The notes: generated by a model from the sequence alone, not told the origin. Positions 23,151 to 34,906 are shown, counted from the first letter of the whole stretch. The stretch: DNA of 63,170 nucleotides, filler included, from Octopus bimaculoides (GCF_001194135.2; 7 parts of 5 records of this genome joined end to end with filler, not necessarily neighbours in it), one strand, 5' to 3'. A program made the numbers and translations.

Positions 23151-24959
23151 NNNNNNNNNNNNNNNNNNNNNNNNNNNNNNNNNNNNNNNNNNNNNNNNNN
23201 NNNNNNNNNNNNNNNNNNNNNNNNNNNNNNNNNNNNNNNNNNNNNNNNNNNNNNNNNNNNNNNNNNNNNNNNNNNNNNNNNNNNNNNNNNNNNNNNNNNN
23301 NNNNNNNNNNNNNNNNNNNNNNNNNNNNNNNNNNNNNNNNNNNNNNNNNNNNNNNNNNNNNNNNNNNNNNNNNNNNNNNNNNNNNNNNNNNNNNNNNNNN
23401 NNNNNNNNNNNNNNNNNNNNNNNNNNNNNNNNNNNNNNNNNNNNNNNNNNNNNNNNNNNNNNNNNNNNNNNNNNNNNNNNNNNNNNNNNNNNNNNNNNNN
23501 NNNNNNNNNNNNNNNNNNNNNNNNNNNNNNNNNNNNNNNNNNNNNNNNNNNNNNNNNNNNNNNNNNNNNNNNNNNNNNNNNNNNNNNNNNNNNNNNNNNN
23601 NNNNNNNNNNNNNNNNNNNNNNNNNNNNNNNNNNNNNNNNNNNNNNNNNNNNNNNNNNNNNNNNNNNNNNNNNNNNNNNNNNNNNNNNNNNNNNNNNNAT
23701 ATATATAATGCGTTCTTACATGTGTCTGTGAATAATTGCGGAAGCCCTAAAGAAGAAGATCAACAGCTATTTGAGAAGCTGACTTACCTGACCAAGGAAT
23801 GCAAGCAATATGCCACTGCACGAGTCCACCAGAATCCTACATTTCTCCTTCAGTGACCTTTCGGATAAGTTTGTAGGGATAGGAACAGGAGAAGCCATAC
23901 AGTACAGCTCCCTTAAAATCTGGACACATCAACCAGAATTATTGATACAATTTTCTTTTTCTTTTGGGGGGAAAAATGTTAGAATGAATAATAAATTTTG
24001 TGTGCGTCTTCATTCGAACCGTAAGAGATTCCAGCTAAACCTCTTTCAGTCATACCCTGTCATCTTAAAATCTGAAGGACACAGATATTGAAGCCCTTGA
24101 CACTATATGCTTCGAGAAAAGACAGAATAATAACAGGTGCAACACATTTGACCATATTTGCTCAACCAGGTCTGACCTGGAGTGAAACAACAATAATATC
24201 AACAACTAGTTTATTTTTATTTAAGATGTATTACATGGGATTAACCAGAATTTCTTTAGAAAGAAGCTTTTATACTAGCGTTGTTTATTTCATTCCTCTT
24301 CTCATATTCATTACTATTTTCCTAATGATGTTTGTTAATTAACTGTAGAGCCCCTTTCTCTGCTTAAGATATTTTCAGTATTTCAGTCAGGGCCCTATAC
24401 AATGACATGACACAGGAAATATTACATAGTTACACGTCCGTTGAGGATGAAGTTTCCTGTAACACTGGAGAGTTTCCGAATGTTGATATTCATCTCACTG
24501 AGTTCTTGAAATATGTAGTGTACAAGGCCAAATGTCGAAAACAAAACAAACACTAGAAAGCTGTCGTCAATAATGCTTGTTGGAAAACACTGACCTATAT
24601 AAAATTCATATTTATCTTACTCGCATGAAGTATTTCTCGCTCTTCGATGGTGAATTAGGCCAGAATTGCTTTAGACATTTACATTTCTCATTTAGCAATA
24701 ATTACAGAAAATTTGATTAAGTTTTCATGCGGAAGTATTATACGTGTCCTAGCTTATCGAACAAAGTATATTTTGAGTAAAAGAAAAGAGAGAAAAACAA
24801 GAAAGAGAGAAGTGGGGAAAGAGAGAGATCAGTCGCATCAAAACACCGTGTAACACGAATTTTGTCCTTGCGTACCAACTGTTATTTCCTATTTGCTTAC
24901 TCCTAAAATGTATGAAAACTGGCTAATATTTCTTCCAAACTTTGCTGTGGTTACATTTA

Positions 24960-25080
24960 TCAAATCTCAAAGAATCCCTCTCAACACAAGGCTATGATGT
25001 TTTCCCACTACTTCTGCTCGTGATCAGAGATGCATATATTGTCAGCCTTTAAGGGACATACTCAAACGGTTAAGAAGAAG
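24960..25080. mobile_element. Interspersed repeat fragment (same family as 1520-1890)
   Basis: Pairwise similarity described for 1520-1890. Confidence 0.6.
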
Positions 25081-25099
25081 CATTTGACAAGCAAAGTCC

Positions 25100-25900
25100 T
25101 GCCATATTTGCTATATGGGAGTGAGGCATGAAAGACAACTGGAACGTACTATCAATACTGTCTGAGCAAAATATGGGGGATAAACTAGAGAATGGCCATT
25201 TTATGCTTGAGAAGAGTGGCAGTAAAAGTATAGGATCAATGATTCTGCAAAGACGTTTGAGGTGGGAGGGGTCATTTGGTAAGGATGTGTAATGAGAGAC
25301 TGCCCAAGCAGCTGTTGTATGGTGAGCTGGAAGATAGCAGAAGATCAGCGCATAAGCCTAAAGTAAGGTTTAAGGATAGCCTTAACAATTGCAGATGATG
25401 ATTGAGAGAGGGAGGCACAAGACCGGGATGGATGAAGGAAGACAGTGCGTAGTGGTTGTTTGGGGTTTGAGAGGGAGAGAGTGAAACATGACAGAATTAG
25501 GAGACTTAGAAGGAGGGAACTTTCGGAAAGTGAGGGAGTGTTACTTTTTGTGGGGGAGGGGGTTGGAGAAGGAGGTGTTTGAGTCGTACAGGCCTGGTTA
25601 ACCATAAAAAATCTCACAGGAATCGACCCATAATAAACAGTGACGTGGCTATCACAATTCACAACAGAACATGTGTAAAATGTGGAAGAGTGTGCTTCTC
25701 AGTTGGAGGTCTGAAAAGACATGTTAAGAGAGTGCATACGGTGGCACCTGTTTGTCTTGCCAGCCAGCACAGCTGTGCAGTATGTAATAAAATGTGTAAA
25801 ACTTTGGCTGGGCTTAAAAGTCATATAAGGGCATTGCATGGCGTCAATAATGAATCATTTCAATAAGTCTTTTTGGCAATGGCTTTTCTCGTGTAACAGG
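25100..25900 (+). mobile_element. RTE (BovB-like) LINE 3' fragment with two C2H2 zinc fingers
   Basis: LLYGSE, LQRRLRWEGHLVRMCNERLPKQLLYGEL..KVRFKDSL, then CVKCGRVCFSVGGLKRHVKRVH and CAVCNKMCKTLAGLKSHIRALH (ORF 25579..25866). Confidence 0.88.
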
Positions 25901-25916
25901 GGTGCAGCTATGATAC

Positions 25917-25966
<50 letters not shown>

Positions 25967-26471
25967 CTATGTATATATATTTTTAATAAGGGACGAAGAT
26001 GGAGGACACAAAAATTTTTATTCGATCAGGTCGAATCCTCCGTGTGTTCACATAGGCCTCCTAACGATAAAGTAAACTTCATTTAATCAAGATACTCTTG
26101 ACCTAATGAGTAGACTGCTGTATATACCTCACTTGGATATTTCCCAGTTCCGAGGTTCCGCTCCTATAGAATATACGTAACCCGGATTTTATCTTCCCCA
26201 TTCCTTAACTTTTGGATTTTTATTCGCATACCTGGCAACCCTGGCTGCCAACAGTAAAATATAAAGTAATTTTTTTCAGTTTATCGCACTTCGATACGGG
26301 AAAAATCGACAAACATCCGCCCCAATAAAGCACTATTGCTTCTGAATGTTGTCTTTATATTTTCTACGGATAGCTTGAAGCTCACTTTCTTCTTACTCCT
26401 TGATCCTTGGATCTTACATTTATCTATCTATCTATCTATCTATCTGTGTGTGTGAGTCTGTGTGTGTGTGC

Positions 26472-26588
<117 letters not shown>

Positions 26589-26782
26589 CATGTATGTATT
26601 TATGTATATACACACATACATACATGTATACATACGTGCATACGTACACACAGAATAATTGTTTACGTTCTAGTATGTAATCAACATTCAGATGCGTAGA
26701 GTATATGGGGTAAGAAAATAAAATTGTGCATGGGACATGGCTCATCATTAGTCGAGTTCCATTATGTTTCTTGTGTCCTTAA

Positions 26783-27322
26783 GTCTCCCTCTTGTAGACA
26801 TAAGGACACAGGAAATGTGTCGAGGCCGACAGGAAGAGGTGCAGTTTCTTAGGTCTAGCCAACAGTAGTATTATTCCTTCGGGGGACTGTCACATTAAGT
26901 TGACAGCATACAACTACTACATCGTATCACTACTGCATAAATCTCTCTGGGAGATTTAGAAATGTATTATTTCTAAATCTGAAATCAGTGAATGTATTTC
27001 AATAGAATTATTATGTTTACAACAGCTTAACAGGCATCTTCGACTAGCAGGTCATACTACTCCACACTGATGACGAGCACAAACTCAGAAACATGTCTCT
27101 GGATGCAGGCTTAGCTGGGTGGGGGTACTTGTCTCCCCCTTGTAAACATAAGGATATAGGAAATGTGTCAAGGCCGACAGGAAGCGGTGCAGCTTCATTG
27201 GTCTAACCAACAGTAGTATTATTCCCTTCGGGGGACTGTCACATTAAGTTGGCAGCATACAACTACTTCATCGTATCACTACTGCATAAATCTCTGAGAG
27301 ATTTAGAAATGTATTATTTCTA
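26783..27322. repeat. Two ~192-bp direct repeats (26783-26975 and 27131-27322), period ~348 bp
   Basis: Both copies read GTCTCCC.CTTGTA.ACATAAGGA.A.AGGAAATGTGTC..GGCCGACAGGAAG..CGGGGGACTGTCACATTAAGTTG.CAGCATACAACTAC..GAGATTTAGAAATGTATTATTTCTA, with scattered substitutions. Confidence 0.92.
27061..27103 (+). ncRNA. Minimal type I hammerhead ribozyme candidate with intact core
   Basis: TCCACA CTGATGA c GAG cacaaa CTC a GAAAC AT GTC TCTGGA. All conserved core nucleotides are present, stem III ACATGT is palindromic, and stem I pairs 5/6. Predicted cleavage after C27097; a C.A opposition lies at the base of stem II. Confidence 0.7.
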
Positions 27323-28005
27323 TAAAAAGCAATAGTCACTGTTACTAATCATGAAAGCTGTTGTACCACTATAAACAGAAGAGGTACAAAAGGGAACATA
27401 GAGAAGACTTCACTTTTTCAGCAAATATTTCCTCTACACTACACTGTAACTGTGTCTGAGTTTTTTTACCAGAAATTGCCCTAACAGTGTTAGGTCTATG
27501 TTGGTTTATTGAATAGCCCTGAATAAACATCAGTCTTCACCCTAATGAGTGTCTTGTTTAGGAACGTTATCGAAAATAAAATATTTTTAAGAAAACCACA
27601 TTGTTGATGGCATAACTCGATTCATAAGGAAAACAAACGCCAAAATTTGGTGATAATAAAATAGCTCTGACCTAAAGTGAACTTGAGTATTCAAACCAAA
27701 CTTGTGTATAAAAACTGGAGATTGGCAATTCAACTTAAGCGATAGTACTTAATTCCCATATTTAATTGTTATAAGTACCTGATCCTTATTGTAACTTAAA
27801 GCAATTGTGGTAGTCATATCTTCATAATCATCTGCAGATTTTTCCCATAAAAACTGTATACGTACACATGCAGCACTCCACATCTCTTGACTTCAAGATA
27901 TATATNNNNNNNNNNNNNNNNNNNNNNNNNNNNNNNNNNNNNNNNNNNNTTAATTAATTAANNNNNNNNNNNNNNNNNNNNNNNNNNNNNNNNNNNNNNN
28001 NNNNN

Positions 28006-28049
<44 letters not shown>

Positions 28050-28489
28050 CGCGCGCGTGTGTGTGTGTGTACCTATACACGTACACATATGTATTTTTTT
28101 GTTGGCATGCTGTGTCTATGAATGTATTGCAGTGATATTTCTGCATATGTATTTCTATTATTCTACATTATATTTAATATTATAACATTTTTCTTCTGTT
28201 TTTAATATCTGCGTTTGGCATATTCAGAAGAAAATGCTTTTCTTTATTAGATAACATCAAAATTCTTCAGATATCTATCGATCTATTTATATCAGCGTAC
28301 GTAATATCCACAATTTCGTTATGTTCCCATTACCTTATATTTTATTTTATTTTCTTTCTGTTCCTTTTTAGGATAGACATCCATTTCTTGTGATATACGT
28401 ATATATATACGTATATGTAGACATATATTAATGGACATGTTTTAATATACGTATGCGTATCGAAATATATAATTTTTATCGATTTCCAT

Positions 28490-28673
28490 CCATCCATACG
28501 TCCATCCATCCAACCATCCATGCATCCATCCATCCATCCATCCATTCATCCATCTTCCATCCACTCTTCTATGTATGTATGTCTTCATGTATCTATGTAT
28601 GTATGTATGTATGTATATATCTATGTATTTATCTCTCTGTCTATCTGTCTATGTATCTATCTATCTATTCATT

Positions 28674-28706
<33 letters not shown>

Positions 28707-28940
28707 NNNNNNNNNNATCTATCTATCTATTCATTTATATATATATATATATATATATTTGTATGTATATATTTATATATATATAATATATGTACATATG
28801 TGCCTACATATGCATATATGTGTGTATATATGTGCAATATGTACATGTATATATACATATGCGTGCGTGTGTATATATATGTGTCTTTGTGTGTGTGTGT
28901 GTGCATACATATGTATACACACACACACACACACACATAT
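28490..28940. repeat. (CATC)n, (TATG)n, (CTAT)n, (TA)n and (CA)n microsatellite block
   Basis: Direct reading; source of many spurious ORFs. Confidence 0.95.
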
Positions 28941-29391
28941 ATCTTTACATGTACGTATATTCACACAATAATATTATTATTTACATGTTTATGATAAGAA
29001 TTGCATCCTTATCGATGTGTTTCTGAGTTTTTTTGTTTGTTTGTTTGTTTGTTTGTTTATACTGCTGTTATCTCTATTTTGCTTCCACCCGTGTATGCGG
29101 CTGTATAATTTGTATAATACTGTTCTTCACGCTGTAATAGCCTGCATTTATAGCGATGTGCTTTATAAGTCTGACAGACATTGCTTCTCTCTCAACTGAA
29201 TGCTGCACTATATTATAATGAAGTATGCATATGTACTGATGTTTATTTTTGTACAGACACATAGAAGCACAGCTTTATATAACTGTCATATATATATACA
29301 TAAGTAAATATATATACATTTCTCTGCGTGTATGCCTGACAGTGTTGCACACACACACACATACACACACACAGTGTAGCACACACACACA

Positions 29392-29451
<60 letters not shown>

Positions 29452-30922
29452 CACACACACCAATATATATACATAATGTACATCCATAATTGTTTCTGCG
29501 TGTGTATATTTGCTTGCTAGTGTTTTCGTTTGATTTACGTTCTGTATGAGTACCCAATTGCAGATTATGAACTAGAGACAACTTGATCAAAGGTAAATTA
29601 AATAGGTAGCTAAAAAATTCTTTATTTTGACCCGCAGGCTATATGCCTGTGGTCACTAGTCATGTTTTACCAAGTTTAAATAAGTTGACTTATTGCTTTG
29701 CTTCTCGCTCGTGGTCTTACATTTGTAACACACATACAAAATCCTGTACGACAGCAAATAATGAAATATATTTGGTTATTTTGGCCAAAAGTATTCGATT
29801 ATATTATTGCTAAATCTTAGAGTTTAGATTGTGTTGCTCTTTCCTTGCTGTACCGTGTCTACTAATACTTCAGTTTCCTCTTTAGAGTCAAACAAGCGTT
29901 TAGCCTTGGTCTAAGGAGCTCATTAAATCGATCTGTGCTCCATTAAGCTTCATATTTGTGTTTTATGTTTTATGTGCTTATATGCTGTACTTAGTTTATC
30001 TCGTTATAACTCTTACGGGAAAATTGGTAATAGGAAAAGTATGTGTTACTATGCGGCCGGTAAAGAGTTAGAAAGATAATAATACGAAGGAATTTATGCG
30101 AGTCGAAAACGGCTAATAAATGATCGCTATTCAAATTTCAGTGCAATAGACTATACTGTACTAGATTGTGAATTCTGTTGGAATTAATTTGGAACATTTA
30201 AGGATCAGCACCATTTGAAGAGCCTAAAAATATACGTTATCTGGATGTCGCGTTGTATTGCGTGCATATAAAGTGGAGCATTTTGGGCTCCATTAAACTC
30301 TTGTAATTTTGCAAACTGATGCTGAGGTTTTGTTTCACCCAAAGACAATATTTATTAAGCATCGCTTTGATGATCAGCTCTCCTGGTGTGGTGATATATA
30401 TCACCAATTATCGTGCCCAATATGCCATTTGCATAAGAATCAGGGTGTATTTTATGTGAAATATATCTAGAATTTAGGTACACTATATGAAGACATTCTC
30501 AACTACTGTTATCAAACGCATAAACCGAGCGATGGAATGTATATTATCTAAAATAGTGGCTAATGTTTACTTTCTTCCTAGCATCGTTTTGGCGGAAAAA
30601 TTACGAACAAAATATATAGGTTTTCGGCAAATATACTTCCTCTCTCATATTACAAAAACACAACGCATTTAATACGTTTTCGTAGTGTATCCAAATGTTT
30701 TAAGACGATCCTATATGATAAGCACAGTATTGTCATGGAATTAGATATACCAGCTAGATGTCCATTTATATAGTCATCCGTTTTCATCAAATGGATCCAT
30801 TGTTTTTATGATGGCATACAACAAAAAATGTAATATTGCGATAAATCAAGTGCATTTCACTGTCATACTAAGCGCTACTTGCTGAACTGCGACAACAACA
30901 ATAAATGAATTTACTTTTCAGG

Positions 30923-30955
<33 letters not shown>

Positions 30956-31055
30956 NNNNNNNNNNNNNNNNNNNNNNNNNNNNNNNNNNNNNNNNNNNNT
31001 TAATTAATTAANNNNNNNNNNNNNNNNNNNNNNNNNNNNNNNNNNNNNNNNNNNN

Positions 31056-31331
31056 CAATTAATTTTGAAATTATTGAAGAATTTAGTAAAATAATTGTCA
31101 GTATTAACCTTTTTGTTACCATATTTCTGTTTGAAATACACTTTGTTTCAATTAATTTTGAAATTATTGAAGAATTTAGTAAAATAATTGTCAGTATTAA
31201 CCTTTTTGTTACCATATTTCTGTTTGAAATACACTTTGTTTCAATTAATTTTGAAATTATTGACGAATTTAGTAAAATAACTGTCAATATTAACCCTTTT
31301 GGTATCATATTTCTATTGAAGTACATTGCCT
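31056..31331. repeat. 93-bp tandem repeat (two identical units and one diverged) from a MITE left end
   Basis: CAATTAATTTTGAAATTATTG starts at 31056, 31149 and 31242; the 31-aa periodicity is visible in ORF 31000..31362. Confidence 0.9.
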
Positions 31332-31600
31332 TCATCATTATCATTGTACATCTGTTTTCCATGCTGGCATGGGTTGGACAGTTTGACTGAAAACTGGGGA
31401 GCTGTGCCAGTCTGTTTTGGCCTGGTTTCTATGGCTGGATGCCCTTCCTAATGCCAACCAATCCAAGAGTGTAATGGGTGCTTATTATATGCCACTGGCA
31501 TGGGTACCTGGCCCTGACTACAATCTTACTTGGCTTGATAGATCTTCTTAAGTACAGTTTATTGCCAAAGATCTCGTTACTTGTTACTGCCTCCTTCAAT
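31332..31600 (-). mobile_element. SINE with RTE-type (ATG)n tail (family of 58495-58720)
   Basis: TTTCCATGCTGGCATGGGTTGGAC..GGCTGGATGCCCTTCCTAATGCCAACC is the reverse complement of the 58495-58720 type. Confidence 0.8.
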
Positions 31601-31654
31601 TAATTTGGAAAATAATGACAACTTTAGTAAAATAACTTGGTCAATATTAAGCTG

Positions 31655-31844
31655 TTGCATGCTGGGTGAAATGCTTAGCGGTATTTCATCTGTCTTTACG
31701 TTCTGAGTTCAAATTCCACCGAGGTTGACTTTGCTTTTCGCTCTTTCGGGGTTGGTAAATTAAGTACCAGTTGCATACTGGGTTGATCTAATTGACTGAT
31801 TCCCCTCCCCCAAAATTTCGGGCTTTGTGTCTAGAGTAGAAAAG
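31655..31844 (+). mobile_element. SINE family A copy with 12-bp flanking direct repeat
   Basis: AATATTAAGCTG at 31643-31654 and 31845-31856; the body is CpG-decayed. Confidence 0.85.
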
Positions 31845-32522
31845 AATATTAAGCTGGTGTTTGGAACCTAAATTAATATGAAATTTCGATGGGAACTTTT
31901 AATTTAGATTCGTTTAAAATATGAAGTTTGTATCATAGAATTAGGGGCCGCTTTCTGTAGGTTGGAATCAAAAGGGTTCANNNNNNNNNNNNNNNNNNNN
32001 NNNNNNNNNNNNNNNNNNNNNNNNNNNNNNNNNNNNNNNNNNNNNNNNNNNNNNNNNNNNNNNNNNNNNNNNNNNNNNNNNNNNNNNNNNNNNNNNNNNN
32101 NNNNNNNNNNNNNNNNNNNNNNNNNNNNNNNNNNNNNNNNNNNNNNNNNNNNNNNNNNNNNNNNNNNNNNNNNNNNNNNNNNNNNNNNNNNNNNNNNNNN
32201 NNNNNNNNNNNNNNNNNNNNNNNNNNNNNNNNNNNNNNNNNNNNNNNNNNNNNNNNNNNNNNNNNNNNNNCGAGGAACAGGTCAGTCAAACAACAATAAA
32301 CACACACAAAAAAAAGTACACATTATTGGTTTCAATTATTTGATTGTGGCCATGCTGGGGCACCATCTTTAAAGGTTTTTTTTTTTTTCTTCGTCAATCC
32401 TTTTGATTGCAGTATTTATTCTTGTTTGATACTTATCTTAGCAATCTCTTTTTGTTGGATTGCTAAGTGACAAGACTTAAAGAGACACAGTGTAGATAAC
32501 ACCTGTTTTTATATTCGTGTAA

Positions 32523-32562
<40 letters not shown>

Positions 32563-32686
32563 CATATTTGTAGATATACAATCATATTTATATATATCTG
32601 TATGTGTATATATGTGTGTGTGCATGCGCACGTGTAAACTTTGTGTTAGTCAAGATACGTTTGTAATATATTTCAACTTTTAAAAG

Positions 32687-32835
32687 CAAATTCACTGCAG
32701 TTACCATGGAGATAAAAAAATTCTCTCTAATGATAAATGGTGTAAAAATGCTGTATCTGCCCAGTGTTGTCCTCTATTGGGGGCAACACTGGGCAGATGT
32801 TGCTTTTTGTCTCCACAGCAATTGCAGTGAATTTG
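32687..32835. repeat. 149-bp nested foldback (palindromic) element
   Basis: Arms 32687-32702/32820-32835 (16 bp) and 32707-32718/32804-32815 (12 bp). Inner perfect 15 bp at 32755-32769/32784-32798, then TCCTC/GGGGG around a TATT loop. Confidence 0.9.
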
Positions 32836-32965
32836 AAATGTGTCACAAACATATTTTAACTATCCTAAAGTTTGCTTATGCCTAAACACTGCTTAGCATT
32901 GATACTGCTGAATTTCTTGTGACTGGGGGGTCCAGTGGCACAACTCAGTCAATTTTTATTTAAAG

Positions 32966-33530
32966 CAGTGGTCCCCATACTTTTTCAGGCTGCCGCCCCC
33001 TTGACACCCAGGCCATATTCCTAGCGTCCCCACCCCAGTTAACCATCACAAACATAAACCTCTTTCTGATGTAGATTCAAAGCAATTCTATTTCACAAAT
33101 AGAATTTAACCTAATGACCCCATTATTTTGTTTTTACATGAATCACTACCCCATTATCGCCCTATTTTTTTTTACATGAATCAACTTAATCCCCTTGTTT
33201 GTACCCTTTATGTTTAGCCTCTTGTGGGCAATAAAGAAATAAGAAACCTGTATAAAATGTATTTATTTCTTTTACATTTCTAGAGAGTAAAGTTCCTTCT
33301 GTCTTTCCCGCAACTCAACTATGCTCTCGCTTTGAATCTTTCTAAAAACTATACATCCATAAAACAACTGTTAACAAGGTAAACCATTAAAAAATTTCTT
33401 TTTTTCTAAATCTTTTTTTTGTAACGTTTTTTACATGGCTATTGTGAGTTGGTACATCTTTGAGGTACCTTTTTATCATCTATAAAGTGTGACTAATATG
33501 AAAAATAGACAGAAAACGGTAATGATGAGA
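32966..33530. mobile_element. hAT/Charlie-like non-autonomous element, one TIR visible
   Basis: CAGTGGTCCCCATACTTTTT at 32966; a SINE tail is inserted at ~33190-33250; the other end was not identified. Confidence 0.5.
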
Positions 33531-33578
33531 ATAGTCTCATACATAGGCATACATGTGTGTGTATATATATGTTATATA

Positions 33579-34110
33579 CAGGTAATGGCCAAAAGTCATC
33601 AGACAGTAAACCAAAACCATTTGATTCCAAGATTTATTTATGTTTAACAACTAAATGAATTTAATAAAAGCATCTAAATATGAAACATCATGAAAATTAG
33701 AAAATTACTATTTTTAAATCTCACAATGAGAGATATTCAGCAACAGTACTTTGTAGTAAAGATTGGTTGCCAACATAATATGGCAGTCCTGGTTTAGGAC
33801 TAATGTTGCTGTAATTTAGCCCCAGGAGACATCGTCTCCAGCTGGCTATACGACATAATCTTTGTCCTTGTATTTTTTTTTGAACAAGGGAATCTAGCAC
33901 CCCCACTCAACTCAAAAGAATATCTGTGTATTGCAACATTAGTCCTAAACCAGGACTGCCGTTAGGTTGGCAAACAGTCTTTACTACATCATGAAAATTG
34001 TTCAAACTGAAGTCCTTGAGCGACACATTTTTCCATTCGAATCAAAACGGAATTTCAAATAGTGTTTATAGAATTTTGATTTACTGTCAGGTGCCTTTTG
34101 GCCAACCCTG
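33579..34110. mobile_element. Tc1/mariner-type MITE with TA TSD and an internal inverted repeat
   Basis: TA|CAGGTAATGGCCAAAAGTCATCAGACAGTAAA versus reverse complement of the right end TA|CAGGGTTGGCCAAAAGGCACCTGACAGTAAA. Internal perfect 28-bp IR at 33782-33809/33933-33960. Confidence 0.85.
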
Positions 34111-34206
34111 TATATACATATATGTGTGTATGTATCTGTGCATGTATGTATATATGTAAATGTTTATACGGTTATATGTATGTATGTGTGTGTGTGTATA
34201 TATATA

Positions 34207-34670
34207 TCATCATCATCATCATCATCATCGTTTAACGTCCGCTTTCCATGCTAGCACGGGTTGGACATATATGTATAAGATCTGTTGAGGCAACCGAAAT
34301 CAAAATTGCTGACGCGGCCGATGACAGTACCGCCTGATTGGCACTTGTGCCAGTGGTATGATAAAAGCACCATCCGAGCGTGATTGTTGCCGGGGCTGCT
34401 GACTGGCTCCCGTGCTGGTGGCACGTAAAAAATACCTTTGAGCATGGCTGTTGCCAGTACCCCCTGACTGACCCTTGTGCCGGTGGCACCTAGAAGCACC
34501 CACTATACTCTTGGAGTGGTTGGCGTTAGGAAGGGCATCCTGCTGTAGAAACTTTGCCAGATCAGATTGGAGCCCATTGCAGCCTTCTGGCTCGCCAGTC
34601 ATCAGTCAAACCATCCAACCCATGCCAGCATGGAAAGAGGACGTTAAACAACGACGATGATAATGATGAT
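34207..34670. mobile_element. RTE-tailed SINE (+) preceded by an inverted copy of its own 3' tail
   Basis: The plus copy has ~60-bp internal repeats (GTGGCAC.TAAAA) and ends ..GGACGTTAAAC(AACGACGATGAT). 34207-34266 is the reverse complement of that tail. Confidence 0.8.
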
Positions 34671-34835
34671 GTGTGTTGGTTCTGCAATTTCTCGTAGAAT
34701 AACCTTCTCAGATGATTCGTTTATAATGATCAAATGTTTGTTTTGTATATTAGCTTCTTCTCTTCTTCAAATTGACGTTACCTGTACACAATGTTGAAAT
34801 GATCCCCCTGACTTCCTGGCCTTATACCAAAATTA

Positions 34836-34899
<64 letters not shown>

Positions 34900-34906
34900 G
34901 ATTATA

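Larger units (their letters stand above)
31290..31980. mobile_element. piggyBac-like MITE (TTAACCCTTTT..AAAAGGGTTCA) carrying two nested SINEs
   Basis: Left TTAACCCTTTTGGTATC at ~31290; right GAATCAAAAGGGTTCA at 31965-31980. Interrupted at ~31332-31600 and 31655-31850. Confidence 0.75.

Noticed and set aside
23710-24340. Short ORFs 23810..24091 and 24088..24342 as gene exons or hAT remnant
   Set aside because: Only a faint resemblance (FVGIGTGEA, HQPELL) to hAT motifs; no convincing splice sites or conserved residues.
26783-27322. CRISPR-like or LTR-retrotransposon interpretation of the direct repeats
   Set aside because: Only two long repeats; no short repeat-spacer array, cas genes, TG..CA ends, PBS or internal ORF. 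No CRISPR array is seen anywhere in the window.
30030-30900. Possible PLE/LINE RT remnant
   Set aside because: I could not find YxDD or other diagnostic motifs by hand; left unassigned pending BLASTX.
32818-32900. Strong-looking plus-strand acceptor TTTTTGTCTCCACAG
   Set aside because: All frames stop quickly, there is no donor, and the pyrimidine run is an arm of the foldback.
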